Source of the DNA: a virus
Direction: 5' to 3' (one strand)
IMG/VR virus record: IMGVR_UViG_3300050343_000215
Coordinates: 96,001-160,000 of that record
DNA: 64,000 bases
This document shows, in pieces, positions 1-7,024 of the stretch. Below the pieces are notes generated by a model that saw nothing but the letters and a program-made list of their open reading frames with translations, made no database searches and was not told the origin of the DNA. Position 1 is the first letter of the stretch, and each line of letters begins with the position of its first letter. The translations under genes and the position numbers were made by a program.

Positions 1-46
1 TTTAGGGTTGATGAGGATGCAATCAGCATCTTCTTCTGGACGTTCT

Positions 47-406
47 TCAATCTCCGAGATCAGGTACTGACCCGTTTTCATCAAGATTACTTTGACTGTC
101 ATCGCTTACTCCAATGTTTTTAATGTAACTGTCTCGGATGTCATCCGTGGGTTCGCAAATAGTAACTACCCAATCTTTATTTAAGAAAAATTCATCGTCC
201 TTTGTTGTGGACAACCAAGGAACGAAACTCAAAACACTATTTCCTGGATTAGTATCTTCAGTAAGAACTCCTTGCTGAACAACAGTTACTCTAACTGGTT
301 TTACTAAAACTAGATCTAATACTACATTATTTTCGCGATCATAAATCTCACGAACGTCTGCAACGAGTTCTTCGCCAGACTTCAGAAGTACAAGTTGTAC
401 CGACAT
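47..406 (-). CDS. Conserved cyanophage hypothetical protein, Sm/LSm-like fold predicted
   Basis: 119-aa ORF with SD-like AGGAG upstream. N-terminal VLLKSGEELVADV resembles the Sm1 motif and three other ORFs in the window. Confidence 0.7.
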   Translation of the reverse strand: MSVQLVLLKSGEELVADVREIYDRENNVVLDLVLVKPVRVTVVQQGVLTEDTNPGNSVLSFVPWLSTTKDDEFFLNKDWVVTICEPTDDIRDSYIKNIGVSDDSQSNLDENGSVPDLGD

Positions 407-428
407 AAACTCCTAGAATTCAACCCTC

Positions 429-457
429 ATCATAGCATGAGCTCATCCGATTGACAA
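429..457 (-). promoter_or_regulatory. Sigma70-like (early) promoter
   Basis: Minus strand TTGTCA-17 nt-TATGAT with TG extended -10, just upstream of the 47..406 start. Confidence 0.65.
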
Positions 458-1153
458 GCTGGAAACCTTAAGATTTCTTAGATGTGCTGACATTTTATCA
501 AGATACCCACGGTTGCGTAGTTCCTTGAATACAAGGTTCTCTACAGCAAACTCACCACCACGTTGGATGGCAGATGATCTCATGTCACGCAGTTTCTCTT
601 TAAGTTTTTCAAATGCCTCACGGTCGTCTGCCCTATTATCAATCAGGAAATCAATCTTTTCCATATAGTGCATTACCTTCTTGGCAATGTTAGCATCAGC
701 AAGATTTACATCCTGATATGTGGGGCGGCGCAACCACAGACTATTCATTAGGGAGAATACTCCTTGCCCTGAGGGGGTTGGGTCTCTTCTATCTTGAGCG
801 TAGAGTTCAACATCGTGTCCATAGATCTGAATATTATGGGTGAGAGCCCAGAGTTGTTTCTTGTCTCGTAAGTAATCATCAATGAGATCAGGACAATCGG
901 CAATGTCTTCCTTGGAAACAATAAGATGAAGGTCCAGATCAGAATACTTAGTATAATTGTAATTGGCATTGCCACCTACTAGCACTACATCAATTATAGC
1001 ACTGCTAGGAATTTTTGCAAACTCCGCCCACTCCTCGGCAATACGAACTAATCCCTGCCTGACCTCAGGTTTCATTGCTTCGCCAACCCAGATCTTAGGA
1101 TTTAATTGCTGGTTATATCGGAGAGTAAGTTTTAAATCCCTATATGTTTTCAT
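443..1153 (-). CDS. DNA polymerase beta-superfamily nucleotidyltransferase
   Basis: hG[GS]-x-DhDh signature VLVGGNANYNYTKYSDLDLH, likely third carboxylate in DVELY, helical C-terminus. Confidence 0.8.
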   Translation of the reverse strand: MKTYRDLKLTLRYNQQLNPKIWVGEAMKPEVRQGLVRIAEEWAEFAKIPSSAIIDVVLVGGNANYNYTKYSDLDLHLIVSKEDIADCPDLIDDYLRDKKQLWALTHNIQIYGHDVELYAQDRRDPTPSGQGVFSLMNSLWLRRPTYQDVNLADANIAKKVMHYMEKIDFLIDNRADDREAFEKLKEKLRDMRSSAIQRGGEFAVENLVFKELRNRGYLDKMSAHLRNLKVSSLSIG

Positions 1154-1171
1154 CAGGACAGACTTTATTTG

Positions 1172-1179
1172 TATTTATA
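1172..1179 (-). promoter_or_regulatory. T4-type late promoter
   Basis: Perfect TATAAATA on minus strand, 19 nt before the nucleotidyltransferase ATG. Confidence 0.75.
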
Positions 1180-1185
1180 AGCAAG

Positions 1186-1240
1186 AAAAAAGAGGGTTAC
1201 CTGACTGTGACCAGGACCCTCTGCGGCGACGATATTCAAT
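1186..1240 (-). ncRNA. Putative small late RNA ending in an intrinsic terminator
   Basis: Follows TATAAATA (1243-1250). Single-stranded 5' part AUUGAAUAUCGUCGCCGC, then stem AGAGGGU-CCUG/CAGG-UA-ACCCUCU and a U-tract. The terminator is clear; the sRNA identity is inferred. Confidence 0.45.
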
Positions 1241-1242
1241 TG

Positions 1243-1250
1243 TATTTATA
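1243..1250 (-). promoter_or_regulatory. T4-type late promoter
   Basis: TATAAATA overlapping the TAA stop of ORF 1246..1461. Confidence 0.6.
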
Positions 1251-1461
1251 GAACAAAGTGTTTATCAAGAACTTCAATACGTTCTTCTTCATGTGCGATG
1301 ATATCAAGTTGCTCTTGAATGGCAGCAAGAACATCAGGATGTTCACCAATACCAACAGGGTTCTCTAGATAGACTTCAATGTTTGCTTTTGCTTTGGCAA
1401 TGTTGCCAGTAGCATCAGCACGAAGTGCTTCTAGAATTTTAAAACGTAGAGTGACAGACAT
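1246..1461 (-). CDS. Conserved cyanophage hypothetical protein (helical)
   Basis: 71-aa ORF with YLENPVGIGEHPD core, coupled to the upstream small ORF by a TAATG overlap. Confidence 0.75.
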   Translation of the reverse strand: MSVTLRFKILEALRADATGNIAKAKANIEVYLENPVGIGEHPDVLAAIQEQLDIIAHEEERIEVLDKHFVL

Positions 1462-1532
1462 TATTTTTTAGGAGTAAGTTTATATGCACCGAAAATTGCA
1501 CCACCAACAAGGGCAATCATTAAAATTTCCAT
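1461..1532 (-). CDS. 23-aa putative single-pass membrane peptide [23 protein letters not shown]
   Basis: Not in the ORF track. Fills the petF/71-aa gap exactly with TAATG overlaps at both ends; hydrophobic core and basic tail. Confidence 0.65.
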   Translation of the reverse strand: MEILMIALVGGAIFGAYKLTPKK

Positions 1533-1822
1533 TAATAAAGTTCCTCTTCTTTTTCAGTTTCAATTACACAATCAGATGTGGGATAGGACACACATGTAAG
1601 TAAAAACCCTGCTTCAATTTGATCATCATCTAAAAATGACTGATCTTCTTGATCAACAGTTCCACTCACAATCTTACCAGCACATGAAGAACAAGCACCA
1701 GCACGGCAAGAGTAGTTCATATCAACACCTGCTTCTTCAGCAGCATCAAGGATATATTGATCACTCTCACATTGGATAGTGTGATCACCCTCAGTGGTCT
1801 TGAGGGTAATGGTGTAGGACAT
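1532..1822 (-). CDS. petF: Plant-type [2Fe-2S] ferredoxin (auxiliary metabolic gene)
   Basis: [14 protein letters not shown] and LTCVSYP motifs, 96 aa. Confidence 0.97.
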   Translation of the reverse strand: MSYTITLKTTEGDHTIQCESDQYILDAAEEAGVDMNYSCRAGACSSCAGKIVSGTVDQEDQSFLDDDQIEAGFLLTCVSYPTSDCVIETEKEEELY

Positions 1823-1850
1823 TTACTTTCTGAGAATAGATATGGTATAT

Positions 1851-1859
1851 ATTATACCA
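1851..1859 (-). promoter_or_regulatory. Extended -10 sigma70-like promoter for petF
   Basis: TGGTATAAT on the minus strand about 30 nt upstream of the petF ATG; no clear -35. Confidence 0.45.
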
Positions 1860-1874
1860 CACTTTGTGTAATTA

Positions 1875-2315
1875 TTAATTGCCCGTCAGCTCATATTTTT
1901 TCTTCTTCTGATGATCAGGAATAATTCTCTTTAATCTAATCGTAAGAAGACCGTTGGTGAGATCAACACTTCGGACCTCAACATCATCAGCAATAGTTCT
2001 ACTCCAAGTAAATGCACGACGTGCAATTCCTCTTTGCAAATACTCATGGTCTGGTTCAGAATCTCCAGGTTTAGTACACTGAACAAATAATTTATTTGAT
2101 TCTGTTTCAACTTTAATATCTTCTTTAACATAACCAGCAAGTGCTAGTTCTAATCTAAAATCAATACTAGATTCTTTGACAAGATTATGGGGTGGATAAT
2201 TTGCATCTGATTCATGGACTGTAGCAAATCTACGAATCCATTCATCCATACCAATACCAAATCTTGATGCATCATTTAATAGCGCATCAATATCCGCAAT
2301 GTTATACTTAACCAT
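1875..2315 (-). CDS. hsp20: Small heat shock protein (Hsp20/IbpA family)
   Basis: NYPPHNL, LELALAG, YLQRGIARRAF and NGLLTIRL alpha-crystallin motifs. Confidence 0.95.
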   Translation of the reverse strand: MVKYNIADIDALLNDASRFGIGMDEWIRRFATVHESDANYPPHNLVKESSIDFRLELALAGYVKEDIKVETESNKLFVQCTKPGDSEPDHEYLQRGIARRAFTWSRTIADDVEVRSVDLTNGLLTIRLKRIIPDHQKKKKYELTGN

Positions 2316-2349
2316 TATAGTAGCTCCTTAAAAAGCGAGTTTGTGTTGT

Positions 2350-2381
2350 GTGGACCCCGAAGGCATCCACAAATATTTATA
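2350..2381 (-). promoter_or_regulatory. Late promoter and 5' leader hairpin of hsp20
   Basis: TATAAATA at 2374-2381 followed by hairpin GUGGAUGCC-UUCG-GGGUCCAC (2350-2370); SD AAGGAG at 2324-2329. Confidence 0.7.
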
Positions 2382-2388
2382 TCACAAC

Positions 2389-2421
2389 AAAAAAAGCAGA
2401 TACAGTGTAAACCGTATCTGC
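2389..2421 (-). terminator. Intrinsic terminator downstream of regA
   Basis: GCAGATAC/GTATCTGC stem followed by a T7 run on the minus strand. Confidence 0.8.
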
Positions 2422-2475
2422 CTATAAGGGTTTCCGACTTTTGTAGAGACCGCACGAAAAGAGTCTCAAGTCTAT

Positions 2476-2919
2476 TTATGTTTCTGTAGGGGCAGAAACT
2501 ACTTTCTTCTTACCAATGTTATATTTTGCCTCCAATGTCCATTCAGACTTCTCCTTGTAGGCAATAACTTTGATTTGATTAAGAGGAGAAACCTCTTCAA
2601 TTGCTTCGGGTTTAACTACAGTAACCAATTCCCAGTCAACCAGAAGTTGTGTGATACGATTACGACGCTGTACATCATTTAATGTCAGGTTAGCACGTTT
2701 GCCATCCAGGGCAAACAGTTCCTTAAAATGAACGATATAATAACGACCCTGCTTATGAAGAATGTGGCAAGATTGATATAGTTTCTTTTCCTTCCGAGAG
2801 GCAACGCCAATTCTAGTCAGAGTCTCACGAACTTTAAGAAAATCATCGGGTTCACTTAAAGTAACTTCCACCATATCGGCAGGTTCCCAAGTTACTTCAA
2901 TATCAGTGGATGTAGTCAT
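2476..2919 (-). CDS. regA: RegA translational repressor
   Basis: FLKVRETLTRIGVAS, LYQSCHILHKQGRYYIVHFKELFALDG; standard position after gp62. Confidence 0.97.
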   Translation of the reverse strand: MTTSTDIEVTWEPADMVEVTLSEPDDFLKVRETLTRIGVASRKEKKLYQSCHILHKQGRYYIVHFKELFALDGKRANLTLNDVQRRNRITQLLVDWELVTVVKPEAIEEVSPLNQIKVIAYKEKSEWTLEAKYNIGKKKVVSAPTET

Positions 2920-3296
2920 TGTTTACCGCCTTTAGTCAATTTTTGTTTAATAGAACTCAGTTGTGTATCGGAAAGAATACTAAGAGCGGACTTAGCTTTC
3001 TCGTTACTATAACCATAGTAAGATTTCACTGCATCCAAATCATCAATCTTTTCTTTCTTCAACCACGGAGAGAATCTCCGTTTTGGTCTGACAATATTTA
3101 GTAAAAATTCATATTGTAGTTTCTTAGACAGGTGGTGGTTAATATTAACCTCATTCGCCACCATAATAGTATCTATAAAACCTGACAAACAGCGGTTTAC
3201 GATGTAAGGAGGATATGCATTTTTATTCTCATCAGTCATGATATTTCGTTTCTCATGATTGATAGAATTTAACCAATGTTTAAGTTCGGTTTTCAT
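2916..3296 (-). CDS. gp62: Clamp loader small subunit
   Basis: YPPYIVNRCLSGFIDT, RPKRRFSPWLKK, YYGYSNEKA motifs; synteny. Confidence 0.93.
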   Translation of the reverse strand: MKTELKHWLNSINHEKRNIMTDENKNAYPPYIVNRCLSGFIDTIMVANEVNINHHLSKKLQYEFLLNIVRPKRRFSPWLKKEKIDDLDAVKSYYGYSNEKAKSALSILSDTQLSSIKQKLTKGGKQ

Positions 3297-3853
3297 TTCA
3301 AATAATAATACTGTTGAGGTTGGTCCGACTGAGGTCCAGGCTTGCTTTTATATGCATGAACGTCCATTGCCATAGATATTCTAATTTGATCTGTGGGATT
3401 AGGATCTACCCAATGATGAGTATCACATTCAAAAACCATCAACTCCCCTGGATTATTAACTTGGTTCTTTCCTTCAAACCAAGTTCCAATTTCAGGATCC
3501 CCACCAATAAAAAGGTTGACACAAGACCATGGAAATGGTCGTTGATCTTTTGGTATTGATGGGCGGTGACAATGTGATGCAATACCTTCACCTTTCCTAA
3601 AAGTATTTGCCCAACACTGAATCCAGACCTGACCAACAAATACTACCTTCAACTTAGGAAGGAGGATCGGACCAATCACATCATCAAAAAGATAATTATT
3701 AATCCAATGTCTCCCAGTTAAAGAATTATCAGAAGTTCCCTCATGTAAATCTTCACCAAGTGACTTTACATAATCCTCAGTCTCTAGAATTCTATCATAG
3801 ATTATTGAGCATTCATCTGCGGAAAGAAACTCAGGAACCTTAAATAATTTCAT
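3293..3853 (-). CDS. 2OG-Fe(II) oxygenase superfamily protein
   Basis: CWANTFRKGEGIASHCH, PGELMVFECDTHHWV, RISMAMD (HxH...H...R double-stranded beta-helix pattern). Confidence 0.8.
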   Translation of the reverse strand: MKLFKVPEFLSADECSIIYDRILETEDYVKSLGEDLHEGTSDNSLTGRHWINNYLFDDVIGPILLPKLKVVFVGQVWIQCWANTFRKGEGIASHCHRPSIPKDQRPFPWSCVNLFIGGDPEIGTWFEGKNQVNNPGELMVFECDTHHWVDPNPTDQIRISMAMDVHAYKSKPGPQSDQPQQYYYLK

Positions 3854-4670
3854 AGTTAGTCAACAGTAATTCAGCACGGTCTTTCTGTTCGTTCATATAA
3901 TCGCCTGTAGAGCGCATAGTATAAGTTAGGTCATAAGTACATGCAAACCAGTCTTGGAAGCGATCCTTGACCATCTGAGTGGAGTTATAGGAGATCATGT
4001 GGCGAGCAAGGTGGTTATCGCAATCAGCAGCAAACTGATCATGATCAAAACGCTTATGTAAATCTCCCTTGTTCCCATAGAGATTATCTTTAATATCATA
4101 GGGTGGATCAGAATATATAAGACAACGTAAATTGTCTGTAAGAAGTCCTTCATATGACCAGTTCGTAATTTTCCAGTTCTGAATTATTTCTGAGTATCCT
4201 TTTAGTTTCTCAATTCCTCGCATTGAGAAGTTGGAGACAGATGCCTGCCTGCTAAAGGATGAGGACTCAGTGAGACCAGAAAAAGAGCACTTGTTAATAA
4301 CGTAAAAACTAACAGCACGAGATAAATTGGATTGATCATAATCGTTTACTAATTCCTTTGATTCAATGAATAGTCCACGGGCAGATTCCTGATCAGGATA
4401 CCTGGACTTAAGTTCTTGCAGACGACGCTGAAGTTTATCACCATCATCTTGTAATACTCTCCAGAAGTTATACAAAGGTTCGTAAAGATCGTTCACCCAC
4501 ACAGGAATGTCTGGGTTCTCTTTAGTGAATGCGATGGCAACACTACCACCACCAAGAAATGTCTCACGATATTCTTTGATCTCCTTAGGAAATCTTGGAA
4601 GAAGATACTTAGTGGCGCGAGACTTACCGCCAGGATAACGAAGAGGGGTTTTCAATGCTTTCATAATCAA
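3840..4670 (-). CDS. dam: DNA adenine methyltransferase (Dam/D12 class)
   Basis: PLRYPGGKS, FLGGGSV and DPPY motifs. Confidence 0.95.
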   Translation of the reverse strand: MIMKALKTPLRYPGGKSRATKYLLPRFPKEIKEYRETFLGGGSVAIAFTKENPDIPVWVNDLYEPLYNFWRVLQDDGDKLQRRLQELKSRYPDQESARGLFIESKELVNDYDQSNLSRAVSFYVINKCSFSGLTESSSFSRQASVSNFSMRGIEKLKGYSEIIQNWKITNWSYEGLLTDNLRCLIYSDPPYDIKDNLYGNKGDLHKRFDHDQFAADCDNHLARHMISYNSTQMVKDRFQDWFACTYDLTYTMRSTGDYMNEQKDRAELLLTNYEII

Positions 4671-4679
4671 ATAGAAAAA

Positions 4680-4970
4680 TCAAAGAATAAGTTTTTTCTT
4701 TTCAGGAGTTGAGATAGGAGAATACATTTGCTCATACTGAGAAACAATTTCTTCTGCTGCGTCAGCAACATATACCACAAACTTAGTAGACACTGTGATA
4801 TCTTTTACTTCCTTACTAATCATCGGAGACCATGCTACAAATGATAGTGTGCCCTGCTGTGTAGGAACACCTACAATTCCATTCTTTAGTGTGAGGGAAT
4901 TATCATCATGGTTGACGACTTCAGCAATCACATCCTCTCCAGAGGACATACGGATCAGTTTTACGTTCAT
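4680..4970 (-). CDS. Conserved hypothetical protein, Sm/LSm-like fold predicted
   Basis: Likely start MNVKLIRMSSGEDVIAEV at 4970 rather than the track start at 5018; same motif as 47..406. Confidence 0.7.
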   Translation of the reverse strand: MNVKLIRMSSGEDVIAEVVNHDDNSLTLKNGIVGVPTQQGTLSFVAWSPMISKEVKDITVSTKFVVYVADAAEEIVSQYEQMYSPISTPEKKKLIL

Positions 4971-4977
4971 TTTAAAT

Positions 4978-5136
4978 TCAGTCTTTTGTTTGTTGACGTT
5001 GGTATTTTTTTTCTGCACGAGTCATTTTACGAACCCAAGGATCTTTCAGAGGAATTTCTTTCCCCTGTCTAATGAGTTCTTTAATGTGCTCGGGAGGATT
5101 CTTCCAAAGATCTTCTTCATTTATTTGAACTGACAT
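4978..5136 (-). CDS. 52-aa hypothetical protein MSVQINEEDLWKNPPEHIKELIRQGKEIPLKDPWVRKMTRAEKKYQRQQTKD
   Basis: Not in the ORF track. Overlaps the gp44 3' end and fills the gap to the next gene. Confidence 0.55.
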   Translation of the reverse strand: MSVQINEEDLWKNPPEHIKELIRQGKEIPLKDPWVRKMTRAEKKYQRQQTKD

Positions 5137-6062
5137 TCCATCATAATTTCAGTTAGACATGCCAGAAGATTAATCTCCTGATCAGCAGCAAACGCTGCCT
5201 GATATTGATATTTAGCAATCACTAAGACTGCCATAGGAATAGTAGAAGGAACGAGAACATCATACATTGCCTCATAGATACGATGAATAACCATATTAAA
5301 ATCGTTATCCAAATTTGCAACCACCCACTTACGGACAGTCGGAAACTCCTTTGCTTTCAAAGCATTCGTAAGACCTTTAAGATTAACATCACTAATCTCT
5401 GTAAGGATACCAGTATCAATGTTACCAGTATTACCATACTTTTGAAGTTGATTCAAAACACGACGCCAGTCTGGGAAGTGAGTTTGAATTAGTTCTGCAA
5501 CAACCTTTGGATCGTATGCAACATTCTCACTCTCAAGTATAGACCGGACACGGTTGAAAAATTGCCCCGCAATAGTTGCCTTTTCTTTTCCTTTGAATGC
5601 AAAATCAATGACGGAACATCTTGATTGGATGGGGTCAATGATTTTGTTTTTGTAGTTGCAGGTGAAGATGAATCTGCAGTTGCTATGATACGCCTCAATA
5701 GAACTCCGTAAGAGGAGTTGTACATCATTGGTTGTATTATCTGCTTCGTCAATGATGATGACCTTGTGCTTACTTCCTTGAAGTGATACGGTCGTTGCAA
5801 AAGTTTTTGCTTGGTTCCGTACCGTATCCAGAAAGCGTCCTTCGTCAGATCCATTAATTACAATATAAGATAAGTTTAGTTCTTCACATAATGCTTTAGC
5901 AGCAGTAGTTTTACCAACACCAGGAGGACCAGTGAGAAGAAGATTATTCAACTCACCAGCAGCAACCTGTTGCTTAAGATCACGTTTGATGCTATCAGGC
6001 AGAATGCAATCTTCAATCTTACGAGGGCGGTATTTTTCCACCCAGAGATACTGGTCGTTCAT
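5121..6062 (-). CDS. gp44: Clamp loader large subunit (AAA+ ATPase)
   Basis: LWVEKYRP, GPPGVGKT, IIIDEAD, SRC motifs. Confidence 0.97.
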   Translation of the reverse strand: MNDQYLWVEKYRPRKIEDCILPDSIKRDLKQQVAAGELNNLLLTGPPGVGKTTAAKALCEELNLSYIVINGSDEGRFLDTVRNQAKTFATTVSLQGSKHKVIIIDEADNTTNDVQLLLRSSIEAYHSNCRFIFTCNYKNKIIDPIQSRCSVIDFAFKGKEKATIAGQFFNRVRSILESENVAYDPKVVAELIQTHFPDWRRVLNQLQKYGNTGNIDTGILTEISDVNLKGLTNALKAKEFPTVRKWVVANLDNDFNMVIHRIYEAMYDVLVPSTIPMAVLVIAKYQYQAAFAADQEINLLACLTEIMMECQFK

Positions 6063-6076
6063 AATATAAAAAAGTT

Positions 6077-6742
6077 TTAGTTAGAGTCGGGCTCAAGTGC
6101 AATCCAATATGTCAAAGGAATCGCCTGATGCTGAAAACAACTAATCAAACGCTTAGACATAGTGACCTTGTAATCACCCTTAAAGATTTTCAAGTTCTCA
6201 ACCTTCATGTTGAGTACAAATTCATCAGCAGTCGCACCAACATCAACAGAAAAAGTATTTGAAGTATCGTTTTCTTTATCACGAACTACCACAGAGATCT
6301 TCTCACCATCACCAACAACAGAAAGATCAGGGAGATTGTTGACTGCTGCCATACGAATCAAACGATCAAGATCTTTTGCCGTCAAAGTAAAACTCACATC
6401 TTCAGAAGGAAGTGTGGGATTATCTTCTGGTGCTTTCTTAATCAGACTAGGATCTGCAAAAAAGTACTTCATAGAAGAACCCGTGTCAGTAATTTTTACA
6501 TGATGATCAGCACCAAACTCCATGTCTGCACCATGCATCAGAATCATATTGCTGAGGAACTCACTCAAATCATAGATAGCAAAATTTTGTGGAAATGCTT
6601 CTGTGACATTTGCTTCAGCAAGAATATTTTCTGCGATAGAGAATGTGCGAAGTCTATTGCCTGCTTCCACGGCGATGGATTGATTGATTGAAGAAAAATT
6701 CTTCAAAATTTCAAACGTATCGTTAGATAATTTCATAGTCAT
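6077..6742 (-). CDS. gp45: Sliding clamp
   Basis: MKLS..T..ILKNFSSINQSI, FAIYDLSEFL, YWIALE; synteny between gp46 and gp44. Confidence 0.95.
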   Translation of the reverse strand: MTMKLSNDTFEILKNFSSINQSIAVEAGNRLRTFSIAENILAEANVTEAFPQNFAIYDLSEFLSNMILMHGADMEFGADHHVKITDTGSSMKYFFADPSLIKKAPEDNPTLPSEDVSFTLTAKDLDRLIRMAAVNNLPDLSVVGDGEKISVVVRDKENDTSNTFSVDVGATADEFVLNMKVENLKIFKGDYKVTMSKRLISCFQHQAIPLTYWIALEPDSN

Positions 6743-7022
6743 TGAGGGTATTCTTCAGTAATGTTGGATTTGTCAGAGAAATGGAGAAGGAGTAATCCGT
6801 AGTGTAGGATCTTAATGATAATGTCGCGACGGGCAGTACCTTTACGATCATAGCGTGAAGCATACTTTAGAATGTTACTTCTACAGAATGCTTCAGCATC
6901 ACCACAGGACTCAATCAAATCTAACGTTTGAATCTCATCGTTGCCAGCAGAATAATGTTGCCATACGTCCCAGAGATGTAATCGCGCAACTCCTTTGAGA
7001 AGCGCTCTTCATTGTATTTCAT
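6739..7022 (-). pseudogene. Frameshifted conserved hypothetical gene (MKYNEE...QHYSAGNDEIQTLDLIES...YASRYDRKG...KILHY; DUF3310-like)
   Basis: ATG at 7022; the frame breaks near 6961 (TAT GG|CAA CAT TAT). The shifted frame runs to TGA overlapping the gp45 ATG. Length 284 nt, one base short of a whole number of codons. Confidence 0.7.
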
Positions 7023-7024
7023 AA

